Positions 34,101-43,514 of a DNA stretch of 64,000 bases are shown here, one piece after another. This DNA comes from TPA_inf: Saccharomyces (taxonomy: Eukaryota). Every line of letters begins with the position of its first letter. The stretch's first letter is position 1. The notes under the pieces were generated by a model, which ran no database searches, was not told where the DNA came from, and was given only the letters and a program-made list of their open reading frames with translations. The stretch lies in contig BK006938.2 of the NCBI GenBank assembly GCA_000146045.2, positions 448,001 through 512,000 of the forward strand, in the 5' to 3' direction. The position numbers and the translations under genes are program-made.

Positions 34101-34267
34101 GTACTCGCCTTTCTGCCATGTAAGACGGAGGAAAGTTTCTTCGTCTCAGGTACATTAAGATCTTTCAATGTTGTTATGCACCCTTCCGACTCTTTTTGGC
34201 GCAAATGCTGCTGCTGCTCTCTTAATGTATCGGGTATTTTATCATGAATTTCGTGAGAGGTATCCAT
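31115..34267 (-). CDS. KCS1: Inositol hexakisphosphate/heptakisphosphate kinase, 1050 aa
   Basis: IPK-family inositol-phosphate binding motif PCALDLKMGTRQYG (PxxxDxKxG) and C-terminal kinase core. Long Ser/Asn-rich N-terminal region. Confidence 0.94.
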   Translation of the reverse strand: MDTSHEIHDKIPDTLREQQQHLRQKESEGCITTLKDLNVPETKKLSSVLHGRKASTYLRIFRDDECLADNNNGVDSNNGGSVTCADKITRSEATPKSVPEGLQVSEKKNNPDTLSSSLSSFILSNHEEPAIKPNKHVAHRNNITETGQGSGEDIAKQQSHQPQVLHHQTSLKPIQNVDEGCISPKSTYQESLHGISEDLTLKPVSSATYYPHKSKADSGYEEKDKMENDIDTIQPATINCASGIATLPSSYNRHTFKVKTYSTLSQSLRQENVNNRSNEKKPQQFVPHSESIKEKPNTFEQDKEGEQADEEEDEGDNEHREYPLAVELKPFTNRVGGHTAIFRFSKRAVCKALVNRENRWYENIELCHKELLQFMPRYIGVLNVRQHFQSKDDFLSDLDQENNGKNDTSNENKDIEVNHNNNDDIALNTEPTGTPLTHIHSFPLEHSSRQVLEKEHPEIESVHPHVKRSLSSSNQPSLLPEVVLNDNRHIIPESLWYKYSDSPNSAPNDSYFSSSSSHNSCSFGERGNTNKLKRRDSGSTMINTELKNLVIREVFAPKCFRRKRNSNTTTMGNHNARLGSSPSFLTQKSRASSHDASNTSMKTLGDSSSQASLQMDDSKVNPNLQDPFLKKSLHEKISNALDGSHSVMDLKQFHKNEQIKHKNSFCNSLSPILTATNSRDDGEFATSPNYISNAQDGVFDMDEDTGNETINMDNHGCHLDSGKNMIIKSLAYNVSNDYSHHDIESITFEETSHTIVSKFILLEDLTRNMNKPCALDLKMGTRQYGVDAKRAKQLSQRAKCLKTTSRRLGVRICGLKVWNKDYYITRDKYFGRRVKVGWQFARVLARFLYDGKTIESLIRQIPRLIKQLDTLYSEIFNLKGYRLYGASLLLMYDGDANKSNSKRKKAANVKVNLIDFARCVTKEDAMECMDKFRIPPKSPNIEDKGFLRGVKSLRFYLLLIWNYLTSDMPLIFDEVEMNDMISEEADSNSFTSATGSKINFNSKWDWLDEFDKEDEEMYNDPNSKLRQKWRKYELIFDAEPRYNDDAQVSD

Positions 34268-34669
34268 AGTCTTTTAGCTTTAGTTTTATATATACAAAAA
34301 ATAAAAAAAAGATTTGAGAAGACAGAAAGATGTACAAAATGAAAGAAAGAAGACAAAAGACAATTCTAATATAATAAGGTCAAACTGGGATTTTCCCTTT
34401 TGTTGGAGATATAATCCAACCAACAGAGACAAACAAGAACAGAAAAGTGTTTTTCGTCTTGATCCTGTATTGAAAAAAAAAAAAAAAAGCGATACGGCGC
34501 GAAGTTGAGGGGCCGGCGACACTTCTGCGATGAGTTCGAAAGAAGTGTTAATAATTTTTATGAAAGCAACTATTACTTATATATTTGTAACTTTACCGTT
34601 GTGGATGGCTAAGCTAAGTGGAAATAATATATGAAATACAGGTTTAATTATGTTTGGTTTAAGGTTAAA

Positions 34670-35860
34670 TCAATGATTTTTTTTCATCACAAATACAAGA
34701 ATAAGAAAAGCGAAGAACCCGTAATATGAAAGGATACGGGGTGTCAATGTTTCGTGCTGAAATCCAGTCGTTTGTGTCGTAACAACGATGGATTGGTTGT
34801 CATTTTTAGCATTACTTTTAAATTGGCCTGTGTTGTAGTAGTCTTCTAGCAGTTGATCTTTTTCTTTCCACACGCCCAGTAACCAATTGAAAAAAACTTC
34901 GTCATCTTGCAAAGGGATCTCATTAACTCTAAATTCCCTAATATAAAAATCTACTTTCTCCGGATAGACACCCATTAAGAATATTTTCTTCAAGGTGAAT
35001 TTGGTGCCGACGTATTCCGTTCTCAAGGCGGGAGAATATCCAATAGTGACATCGTAGATAGCATCTAAACTAGGAGCTAGTTTTTCTACTGCAAACTTCA
35101 AGCCTTTAGAGTGCGGTAATAACAAATGTCTTAATTGGACATGGTCCAAATGTGCTCTTTGACAGAATGCCTCGCTTTTTTCTCTTGTCTTGAGGCTTAG
35201 ATTTGTACCCTCAGGGAACATGATTAAATTATAAGCGGCAATGGATTCATTTGTCTTGGAATAACAACTCTTATAATTTGTAAGGGGCCCCTTGCACCTC
35301 GCGTTTAAGTCCATAGAAACCAAACTATTTGTTAAAGCTTTCTCATCCTTTTGCCAGTTCCTACTTAAAAATATAAACTTAAAATTTCGCATGCCAAATC
35401 CCAGTAATGGTATGTACTGCAGAGCTTTCTTCAGGATGATATAAACGTTACCACCCAAATTTGAAACAAAGGAAAGCCACCAGAGATAAATCCAGTCTGC
35501 ATACATTTGATGATTTGCAATTATTATAGCCCTGTCTTTAAATCTAAAGCATGGCTTGGCGTTAGAAGAGTTCTTCAATGGCCGCGATGTTTCAAAAGTG
35601 ACATTCAAAGAAGAGGGAGCCACCATGTTCAAGATCATGCATAATAAAACGATAAAAGCCTTCTTACTTTGATTTATACCATTTTGAAATCTAATCTTGC
35701 TCCAAGGGAGAAGCACCTGTAGACAGATCTGAAAAACGACAATACTCAGCGAGCCTGAAATGAACAAGCAAGCGATAAGCAGCCTTTGCAACCCTTTTAT
35801 AAAGGGATTACCAGTCTTTTCATAAATTCCATACCTACGGTATTTTTGGGAATGCTTCAT
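34670..35860 (-). CDS. Putative lysophospholipid acyltransferase (LPLAT family), 396 aa
   Basis: Acyltransferase motif I HQMYAD (HX4D) and N-terminal TM segments. Corresponds to uncharacterised YDR018C. Start taken at the ATG giving MKHSQKY. Confidence 0.8.
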   Translation of the reverse strand: MKHSQKYRRYGIYEKTGNPFIKGLQRLLIACLFISGSLSIVVFQICLQVLLPWSKIRFQNGINQSKKAFIVLLCMILNMVAPSSLNVTFETSRPLKNSSNAKPCFRFKDRAIIIANHQMYADWIYLWWLSFVSNLGGNVYIILKKALQYIPLLGFGMRNFKFIFLSRNWQKDEKALTNSLVSMDLNARCKGPLTNYKSCYSKTNESIAAYNLIMFPEGTNLSLKTREKSEAFCQRAHLDHVQLRHLLLPHSKGLKFAVEKLAPSLDAIYDVTIGYSPALRTEYVGTKFTLKKIFLMGVYPEKVDFYIREFRVNEIPLQDDEVFFNWLLGVWKEKDQLLEDYYNTGQFKSNAKNDNQSIVVTTQTTGFQHETLTPRILSYYGFFAFLILVFVMKKNH

Positions 35861-36026
35861 CCTTCTTAAACTGCAAAACACAGTCGTACGTAGGGTTGTT
35901 TGTTCATTTCTTTAACCTTCGACGGACAGATCTGGGGTACGTTCTAATAAAAGTAACCGCGCAGCCTATCTCCACGCGAAGGGGTAAAAGATCAAACAAG
36001 TCCTTAAGAATATACAAAAAGCTACA

Positions 36027-36037
36027 TAAATATAAAA
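36027..36037. promoter_or_regulatory. Candidate ARS consensus sequence (TTTTATATTTA on minus), possible ARS417
   Basis: 11/11 match to WTTTAYRTTTW in the AT-rich gap between YDR018C and GCV1. The origin assignment is from memory of the approximate ARS417 position and is not proven by sequence. Confidence 0.3.
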
Positions 36038-36162
36038 AAATAAAGGAATTGAGCGTAAGCATCTTTGTATTTGTCTTTACTAGATCAAAATAGCAAATTA
36101 TTTTTTTACTCTTTTTCTTTTCTTAATAAACGCATTATCAACTGAATATTATTTCGCTCAGT

Positions 36163-37365
36163 TTACTGCTTGTAGTAATGTGTGGGCACAAGAGGCATTT
36201 TAGCAAGTTCAATCGGGTAGAACTTGTTCCTTACTTGAACAAGCAACTTCGTTCCCTTCTTGTGGTAACCTTTCTGTACATAAGCTTGTCCAATATTGAT
36301 GTTGTTTAAAGTTGGAGATGCACTACCTGATGTAACAAGGCCGACCTCTGTTTCGGCATCGGGCAAGAAGATCTTGACACCATTTCTGGCAGCTGGCCCC
36401 TTTTTCAAGTATTTGAATCCGACTCGTACCTTGCTATACGTTTTATTGTTTAGCTGGTCCATTATCTTGGCATAGCCATTGAACCAGTACTTTTGATCTA
36501 CTAGGTCCCTTCTTGACTTTGAAATCACCCAGTTTAACGCAGCTTCTACTGGTGTGATACTTTCGTCCAATTCATGACCATACAAACACATACCAGCTTC
36601 CAACCTTAAACTGTCTCTAGCAGCCAGTCCGATAGGCTTCATTACTGGATTGGCCAAGAGTTGCTCCGCAAACTCAACCGCTTTCTCATTTGCAATGCTT
36701 ATCTCAAATCCATCTTCACCAGTGTACCCGCCTCTAGCAATTTGAACCAAAGAACCGTCCTTTAACGCAAATTCATGTCTTTGTCCAAAAAATAACTCTT
36801 TTAGATCCTTTCCAGGAGCTGTTTTTGATAAAAGTGGTTCCAACACATCTTTTGCTTTAGGACCCTGCAATGCCAATAGTGATCTACCTTCAATGATTTT
36901 CCATTGACAATCTAAAGTAGAACCATTTTGTAGCTCATCGTGAAAGAACTCGGTGTCTCTTTCCGCACAGCCAGCATTGGTCACAATATAGAACTCATTG
37001 TCATCGTTTTCTTTAGTGATGATGGTATCGTCTACCACGCCTCCCTGTGGATTTAATAGAACACTTAAGGTCCCTGACCCAACAGGCAAGGCATTGAAAT
37101 CTGTGGGCGTTACACGTTGCAGAAACTTAACAGAATGAGGACCAGATAACTTACTTTGTAACATATGAGAAACATCAAATAAACCAGCGTTTGTCCTGGT
37201 CCAATTATGTGATTCAATATGAGTCTGTCCCTTGTATAGTACGGGCATGGAATATCCTGCGTATGGTACCATTGTACCGCCTAATGACACATGAAGGTCA
37301 TGAAGAGCAGTTTTTTTCAAAGTTGAGTTGAATCTCTTAAACACAATTTTTTTGATTATAGACAT
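36163..37365 (-). CDS. GCV1: Glycine cleavage system T protein (aminomethyltransferase), mitochondrial, 400 aa
   Basis: GcvT-family folate-binding domain. Full 400-aa ORF. Confidence 0.94.
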   Translation of the reverse strand: MSIIKKIVFKRFNSTLKKTALHDLHVSLGGTMVPYAGYSMPVLYKGQTHIESHNWTRTNAGLFDVSHMLQSKLSGPHSVKFLQRVTPTDFNALPVGSGTLSVLLNPQGGVVDDTIITKENDDNEFYIVTNAGCAERDTEFFHDELQNGSTLDCQWKIIEGRSLLALQGPKAKDVLEPLLSKTAPGKDLKELFFGQRHEFALKDGSLVQIARGGYTGEDGFEISIANEKAVEFAEQLLANPVMKPIGLAARDSLRLEAGMCLYGHELDESITPVEAALNWVISKSRRDLVDQKYWFNGYAKIMDQLNNKTYSKVRVGFKYLKKGPAARNGVKIFLPDAETEVGLVTSGSASPTLNNINIGQAYVQKGYHKKGTKLLVQVRNKFYPIELAKMPLVPTHYYKQ

Positions 37366-37536
37366 TATTGCTTGTGCCAGGCAAAGCTCTTTCTACATAT
37401 GTGAGCTACGGGTACTGTAATTGGATTTGTTTGGGTTCAAGGTGCTATATATATGATATTTGGACCTATTCTTTTTGACATACCGTTTACTCGAGGCAAC
37501 ACGAGTCAGGGCTCCTGAGCAGAGTCGCCCTGCCGA

Positions 37537-37553
37537 AAGAAGTCACGGCGATG
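37537..37553 (-). promoter_or_regulatory. Glycine regulatory region core CATC-N7-CTTCTT upstream of GCV1
   Basis: Minus strand reads CATCGCCGTGACTTCTT, 172-188 bp upstream of the GCV1 ATG. An adjacent TGACTC (Gcn4/Bas1-type) lies at plus 37503-37508. Confidence 0.6.
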
Positions 37554-37745
37554 AACAAAATAGGTGATATCTATGACCAGCTCTAAGTAAGAACTCAGCT
37601 TCCCGTGAGCATGGTTCTAATGGAGTAAAAGCGCCCATCGAGATCCAAGAATGCAAAAAAAAAATCAATAAGCTTGTGTGGGTAAATACGGATGTTAGTC
37701 GCATCGAGCCGATTAAAAGTGGCGCAGATATAGAAGGCAAGGACC

Positions 37746-38444
37746 TCATGACAGATCGTAATATCTATCTTTCTCCAAGTCCATTGTTTCAGCTTCGAAA
37801 TCCCATAAACGTGGGCGTATTTTGTTGTTCGTATTGTTGCCTTCTATTTGGCTTTTGGTATCTTCGATTGCTTTAACTATACCGTCCACGAGGACTGCGC
37901 GCCCTAGATTTTCATTTGTAGAAGGAATGATCAAATCTGCAAAAGTTCTAGTGGGCTCTATATATTGTTGCATCTCCGGGCGCAGATGGTCCATATACTC
38001 AGTGATCAACTGGGCTAGTTGTTCATTGCTCCCTACGTTCTTCTTCTTGATTAGACTAATTAATCTTTTATCTGCATCACTATCCAAGAATACTTTTAAT
38101 TGAGATATTTCGTTGATGCGTTTATCGTATAGCGCATAACAGCCACATACTATTATCAAATCTATCGGGTCCTCGTAATCATGTTGAATCATGTCATTTT
38201 GAGAAGTTACAGCGTGCTTTTCATATACCAAATTAAGGATATTATCAAAATCATAGTCGTTATTATTGTAGCTCTTGATGTTCCCTTCTATCATATTATC
38301 TAGGTTTATTACCCTTATATTGATAGAGTTATATAGGCTTTTGAAAGTATTTTGTAAATCCAGTGCAATTGCTCCAACACCAGTAGCATGCCCTCCACCG
38401 ATAGAAATAACAATTCTTTTTTCTTCGACAGCTTTTCTGTCCAT
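37746..38444 (-). CDS. DAS2: Uridine kinase-like P-loop protein, 232 aa
   Basis: N-terminal ISIGGGHATGVG nucleotide-binding loop of the uridine/cytidine kinase family. Size and position match YDR020C. Confidence 0.85.
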   Translation of the reverse strand: MDRKAVEEKRIVISIGGGHATGVGAIALDLQNTFKSLYNSINIRVINLDNMIEGNIKSYNNNDYDFDNILNLVYEKHAVTSQNDMIQHDYEDPIDLIIVCGCYALYDKRINEISQLKVFLDSDADKRLISLIKKKNVGSNEQLAQLITEYMDHLRPEMQQYIEPTRTFADLIIPSTNENLGRAVLVDGIVKAIEDTKSQIEGNNTNNKIRPRLWDFEAETMDLEKDRYYDLS

Positions 38445-38630
38445 TTCCTGTAATATTTATCTCGCTAATTGTTAATGCAGGAAACGAAAATTAAAAACGA
38501 TTTCCCTTGTGGTATGCTCTAGGAAAAATGTACAGATAAATTGAATTATCCGTGATGGCAGCGTACAATCCATAGTTGCTTACTATTTGATCTGCTTTTT
38601 CTATCAGTGTCGAGAATTTATGCCGAAGTT

Positions 38631-38655
38631 TGAAAATTTTATTTTATGCGATGAG
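38631..38655 (+). promoter_or_regulatory. RRPE (TGAAAATTTT, 38631-38640) plus PAC (GCGATGAG, 38648-38655) ribosome-biogenesis promoter pair
   Basis: Both motifs exact and 7 bp apart, about 150 bp upstream of the ATG of FAL1, a 40S biogenesis helicase. Confidence 0.75.
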
Positions 38656-38803
38656 CTAGATAATAGCAGGGCCCAGACAAAATAAAAACATGAATTATAC
38701 ACAAATTTTAATATAAAAGGGCCACCACTCCTTCAAGAGGTATAAAAATTTGTTCACTCAAATAAAATAGACCGTACAGAAACAAAAAAAAAACTCATTA
38801 GAC

Positions 38804-40003
38804 ATGTCGTTTGACAGAGAAGAAGACCAAAAATTGAAGTTTAAAACATCGAAAAAATTAAAGGTGTCTTCTACTTTTGAAAGCATGAATCTAAAAGATG
38901 ACTTACTTCGAGGAATATACTCATACGGTTTTGAAGCACCATCCTCTATCCAATCAAGGGCTATTACACAGATTATTTCGGGCAAGGACGTTATAGCACA
39001 AGCACAATCAGGTACAGGTAAGACAGCAACTTTTACAATCGGCCTTTTACAAGCTATTGATTTAAGGAAGAAAGATTTACAAGCTCTAATACTATCTCCA
39101 ACACGTGAATTAGCAAGCCAAATTGGGCAAGTAGTAAAAAATCTAGGGGATTATATGAATGTCAATGCATTTGCCATTACAGGTGGTAAAACTTTGAAAG
39201 ACGACCTGAAGAAAATGCAAAAGCATGGTTGCCAGGCCGTTAGCGGAACACCAGGAAGAGTATTAGACATGATTAAGAAACAAATGTTGCAAACAAGAAA
39301 TGTTCAAATGTTAGTTTTAGATGAGGCTGATGAATTATTGAGTGAGACACTAGGTTTCAAGCAACAAATATACGATATTTTTGCAAAATTGCCTAAAAAT
39401 TGCCAAGTTGTTGTTGTCAGCGCAACAATGAATAAGGACATTTTAGAAGTAACCAGAAAATTTATGAATGATCCAGTTAAAATCCTAGTGAAGAGGGATG
39501 AAATATCACTTGAAGGTATCAAACAATATGTCGTTAATGTTGACAAAGAAGAGTGGAAATTCGATACTCTGTGTGATATATACGATTCTTTGACCATTAC
39601 ACAATGTGTGATATTCTGTAACACCAAGAAAAAAGTAGATTGGTTATCTCAGCGGCTAATCCAATCAAACTTTGCTGTAGTCTCCATGCATGGTGATATG
39701 AAACAAGAAGAAAGAGATAAAGTAATGAATGATTTTAGAACAGGTCATTCTCGTGTACTGATATCGACGGATGTTTGGGCGCGCGGTATTGATGTCCAAC
39801 AAGTTTCTTTAGTCATTAACTATGACCTACCAGAAATAATAGAAAATTACATCCATCGTATCGGTAGAAGTGGTCGATTTGGTAGAAAGGGTGTGGCTAT
39901 AAACTTCATTACCAAAGCTGATTTAGCAAAACTTAGAGAAATTGAAAAATTCTATTCTATCAAAATAAATCCGATGCCAGCAAATTTTGCAGAATTATCA
40001 TAA
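38804..40003 (+). CDS. FAL1: eIF4A-like DEAD-box RNA helicase for 18S rRNA processing, 399 aa
   Basis: Q-motif, AQSGTGKT (motif I), DEAD, SAT and HRIGRSGR (motif VI) all present. Confidence 0.95.
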   Translation: MSFDREEDQKLKFKTSKKLKVSSTFESMNLKDDLLRGIYSYGFEAPSSIQSRAITQIISGKDVIAQAQSGTGKTATFTIGLLQAIDLRKKDLQALILSPTRELASQIGQVVKNLGDYMNVNAFAITGGKTLKDDLKKMQKHGCQAVSGTPGRVLDMIKKQMLQTRNVQMLVLDEADELLSETLGFKQQIYDIFAKLPKNCQVVVVSATMNKDILEVTRKFMNDPVKILVKRDEISLEGIKQYVVNVDKEEWKFDTLCDIYDSLTITQCVIFCNTKKKVDWLSQRLIQSNFAVVSMHGDMKQEERDKVMNDFRTGHSRVLISTDVWARGIDVQQVSLVINYDLPEIIENYIHRIGRSGRFGRKGVAINFITKADLAKLREIEKFYSIKINPMPANFAELS

Positions 40004-40071
40004 AATATAGAGAACATATACCTACATAAACAAGTTAAGAGAGTCTCATCCATGCGGCTTCATTTTTGCTT

Positions 40072-40662
40072 TCATACGGAATTGGAGAGCATTTGTAATT
40101 GTTCATTTTGTGTGACGTAGAGTTTAATTAAGTCATTCAAACTCAAATCGCGAAGAAAAGGAGACAGATCGCAAAATTGTGAAATTACATCGAGCTCAAT
40201 GTCCGAGTCCACTCTGAATCTATCACTGTCAACGCTAAGTTCTTCCTCTTCATCATTAGATTTATCATCACCATGTGATGATAATGTTCTCATTTGGTTT
40301 TCCTCCAAGCTGAGACTATTTGTCCTATGTGACAAAAGCTCATATTGGTCGCTGATTAGTGTGATATCCTCAAGAGATCCCGATTCATCCAATTGGACAA
40401 TTATGACATTTTCAAGTTCATCTCCGACCTTATCTATTCCTGCTGTCAAAGCAGCATCACTTGAATCTACTAGTTCATCATTGTTGTCCTCAAATATGTA
40501 CTTAATGTTAGTGGGAAACATTGCATAATCACTTCCGTCCGTGCTCTTTGATTCATTATTGTATGCTGGTTGATCATCGTTGCTGGGACCCTTGTTATTT
40601 TTGATATTCTCTTCTAATCTGTACTTGACATTTTTATCATAAACAGTAACTGTAACATTCAT
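40072..40662 (-). CDS. ATG31: Autophagy protein Atg31 (Atg17-Atg31-Atg29 complex), 196 aa
   Basis: Full 196-aa ORF at the YDR022C position. Acidic, Ser-rich C-terminal half. Confidence 0.85.
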   Translation of the reverse strand: MNVTVTVYDKNVKYRLEENIKNNKGPSNDDQPAYNNESKSTDGSDYAMFPTNIKYIFEDNNDELVDSSDAALTAGIDKVGDELENVIIVQLDESGSLEDITLISDQYELLSHRTNSLSLEENQMRTLSSHGDDKSNDEEEELSVDSDRFRVDSDIELDVISQFCDLSPFLRDLSLNDLIKLYVTQNEQLQMLSNSV

Positions 40663-40784
40663 TCCTGTTCGCAGATTTCAGCAATGTTTACCGGCTTAAT
40701 AAGAAAATGGGAATGCGACGTTTATCTTGGATATTGACCACCCTTATATTATGGATATGTACTTCAAATTATTATCTTTTACGA

Positions 40785-40790
40785 TAAAAA
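40785..40790 (-). terminator. Pol III terminator T6 tract, 7 nt 3' of the tRNA-Val body
   Basis: AAAAAA on plus equals TTTTTT on the tRNA strand, immediately downstream of the discriminator base. Confidence 0.8.
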
Positions 40791-40796
40791 AGATTC

Positions 40797-40870
40797 TGAT
40801 CCAACCGAGGTTCGAACTCGGGATCTTCGCCGTGTAAAGGCGACGTCTTGAACCACTGGACCATTGGACC
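40797..40870 (-). tRNA. tV(UAC)D: tRNA-Val (anticodon UAC), 74 nt, intronless
   Basis: Minus strand reads GGTCCAATGGTCCAGTGGTTCAAGACGTCGCCTTTACACGGCGAAGATCCCGAGTTCGAACCTCGGTTGGATCA. A 7-bp acceptor stem with one G-U pair, an A-box-like GGTCCAGTGG, a B-box GAGTTCGAACCTC, and anticodon loop CTTTACACG giving TAC. Confidence 0.93.
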
Positions 40871-41343
40871 GGAAACCCATTGGAAATGACTTAATCCCAA
40901 TATCGCTATATTAAATGTAAAATAACTTTTTCAGGATAATCCACAAGAGTGGTGCTTCTGTCATTAAACTAATTTTTTTAAGGCCTGTTCGCCTATTATA
41001 TGTCGAAAGTGTGTATTTCTTTCAAGTTATGCCTGCAATTCAAAGGACAGATTTATTTTACAGTGTCGACGACACCGTTTGAAAATGCAGATGCAGGACT
41101 GGGCACGTTTTACAATACGTATCGAGTCAAAAATACACTGATTTTGGTGATATTAGCTGCAGCATGGCGAATTTTTCACATATTACTGATAAGGATGGAC
41201 ATTATGTTTGACTTTTTTCCTTAGAGTAAGTATGGTCAGCAGAACAAAAAAGAGTTCCTACATTTATACGAAGGTAAAATTGTAAAAAACATGAATGCGG
41301 CCTATCCGGCTCGAAAATTGTTCCTCATATATATTAAAAAAAA

Positions 41344-41371
41344 ATCACGTGGTGCAAAAAAAAATTTTTTT
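41344..41371. promoter_or_regulatory. Cbf1/E-box ATCACGTG (41344-41351) followed by an A9T7 tract (RRPE-like) in the SES1 promoter
   Basis: Exact RTCACRTG and a poly(dA:dT) element about 140-160 bp upstream of the SES1 ATG. Confidence 0.5.
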
Positions 41372-41441
41372 GTCATTTCTTCGAATCAACTCAATGAAAT
41401 TTGAAAAATAGCAGAAAATAAGTTGATAAGATCGCAATGTA

Positions 41442-41465
41442 ATATATATATATATATATATATAT
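41442..41465. repeat. (AT)12 microsatellite in SES1 5' region
   Basis: atatatatatatatatatatatat read directly, about 45 bp upstream of the SES1 ATG. Confidence 0.95.
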
Positions 41466-41507
41466 TACAATTCGTGAACTGGCACAAGGAAAAGCGTGTA
41501 ATTAAAA

Positions 41508-42896
41508 ATGTTGGACATCAACCAATTTATCGAAGATAAGGGTGGTAACCCAGAGCTAATCAGACAATCTCAGAAAGCAAGAAATGCCAGTGTTGAAATC
41601 GTCGATGAAATTATTTCCGACTACAAAGATTGGGTCAAAACAAGATTCGAATTAGATGAATTGAACAAGAAATTCAACAAGCTTCAAAAGGATATTGGTT
41701 TGAAGTTTAAAAACAAGGAAGACGCTTCCGGATTATTAGCCGAAAAAGAGAAGTTAACCCAACAAAAGAAGGAATTGACTGAAAAGGAGCAACAGGAAGA
41801 TAAGGACTTGAAGAAAAAAGTTTTTCAAGTAGGAAATATCGTTCATCCATCTGTTGTTGTTTCCAACGATGAAGAAAACAATGAATTGGTCCGTACTTGG
41901 AAACCAGAGGATTTAGAAGCGGTTGGCCCCATTGCTTCTGTGACTGGTAAACCAGCTAGTTTATCCCATCATGAAATCTTGCTAAGATTAGATGGATATG
42001 ATCCAGACCGTGGTGTAAAGATTTGTGGTCATAGAGGTTATTTCTTCAGAAATTATGGTGTTTTCTTGAACCAAGCTTTGATTAACTATGGTTTACAGTT
42101 CTTAGCTGCCAAGGGTTATATTCCTTTACAAGCTCCAGTCATGATGAATAAAGAACTTATGTCAAAAACTGCTCAACTATCTGAATTCGATGAAGAGTTA
42201 TACAAAGTTATCGATGGTGAAGATGAAAAATACCTAATTGCTACCTCAGAACAACCTATCTCCGCTTACCACAGCGGTGAATGGTTTGAAAAGCCACAAG
42301 AGCAATTGCCAATTCACTATGTCGGTTACTCCTCTTGTTTCCGTAGAGAAGCCGGTTCTCACGGTAAGGATGCTTGGGGTGTCTTCAGAGTTCATGCTTT
42401 CGAAAAAATTGAACAATTCGTCATCACTGAACCTGAAAAATCTTGGGAGGAGTTTGAAAAGATGATCTCTTACTCTGAGGAATTTTATAAGTCTTTGAAA
42501 TTACCATACCGTATCGTTGGTATCGTTTCCGGTGAATTAAACAATGCTGCCGCTAAAAAGTACGATTTAGAAGCCTGGTTCCCATACCAAAAGGAGTACA
42601 AAGAACTCGTCTCTTGCTCCAATTGTACTGATTATCAGTCAAGAAACTTAGAAATTAGATGCGGTATAAAGAAAATGGGCGACAGAGAAAAGAAATACGT
42701 ACACTGTTTGAATTCCACTTTGGCTGCTACCCAAAGAGCTTTGTGCTGTATCTTGGAGAACTACCAAACGGAAGATGGTTTGGTTGTACCAGAAGTTTTG
42801 AGGAAATACATTCCAGGTGAACCAGAATTTTTACCATTCGTTAATGAATTACCAAAGAATTCCACCTCTAGTAAAGACAAGAAAAAGAAGAATTAA
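41508..42896 (+). CDS. SES1: Cytosolic seryl-tRNA synthetase (class II), 462 aa
   Basis: N-terminal coiled-coil tRNA-binding arm. Class II motifs: motif 2 FRRE, motif 3 GLVVPEVLRKYIPG region. C-terminal Lys-rich tail. Confidence 0.95.
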   Translation: MLDINQFIEDKGGNPELIRQSQKARNASVEIVDEIISDYKDWVKTRFELDELNKKFNKLQKDIGLKFKNKEDASGLLAEKEKLTQQKKELTEKEQQEDKDLKKKVFQVGNIVHPSVVVSNDEENNELVRTWKPEDLEAVGPIASVTGKPASLSHHEILLRLDGYDPDRGVKICGHRGYFFRNYGVFLNQALINYGLQFLAAKGYIPLQAPVMMNKELMSKTAQLSEFDEELYKVIDGEDEKYLIATSEQPISAYHSGEWFEKPQEQLPIHYVGYSSCFRREAGSHGKDAWGVFRVHAFEKIEQFVITEPEKSWEEFEKMISYSEEFYKSLKLPYRIVGIVSGELNNAAAKKYDLEAWFPYQKEYKELVSCSNCTDYQSRNLEIRCGIKKMGDREKKYVHCLNSTLAATQRALCCILENYQTEDGLVVPEVLRKYIPGEPEFLPFVNELPKNSTSSKDKKKKN

Positions 42897-43514
42897 ATAT
42901 AGCATATCATGAATGTCACATATATGTTGTTTCTGTTCTGCCAATCTTTTTTAATATATTTCTCATGATAGCTCCATAATCTTATATACATGGTTGCATA
43001 ATAAAATAAATAAATAATGAGCCTTTACCAATCGATAGTGTTCATCGCACGTAATGTTGTTAATTCAATAACGAGAATATTGCATGACCATCCGACAAAT
43101 AGTTCCCTCATAACCCAGACCTATTTTATTACACCCAATCATTCAGGAAAAAACATTTCTTTTCATCTTTTTCACGATTTCAAATATTGTTCCGCGGATA
43201 CGCGACACTATTCCCAGCTAATAATATTCCCGGTGAAAGAAAATTCCAGGCCAACCCAAGTAAGTCGTCCGCTGGGTGGACGCCCCCACGAGTCAGTGTT
43301 TCTGCCTAAGTTTACGCGGACCCAAAATTCATACTGTCTCACTCGCTTGGACCGGATGGGCTTTCCTCCTCCTAGGAAGGCTTCCACAATTATGCACTTT
43401 TTCCAAGATGATAGGACTGTAATGTGCAGTCCAAAAGATGGTATACCTGTATCATCATTTCATATAATGATTTGCTTTTTGGAACGTCGAAAAGGAAATT
43501 AAGCAACCAGCAAG

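Noticed and set aside
40871-41507. Possible Ty LTR (delta/sigma) next to tRNA-Val
   Set aside because: Looked for TGTTGGAATA / TGTTGTATCTCAAAATGAGA LTR termini and inverted TG...CA ends and found none. The 74-codon ORF at 41000-41224 is unsupported.
43017-43502. 161-codon ORF upstream of RPS11A (FYV1/YDR024W-like)
   Set aside because: Overlaps the RPS11A promoter and 5'UTR with unbiased codon usage. Annotated as dubious in the reference; knockout phenotypes likely reflect RPS11A expression.
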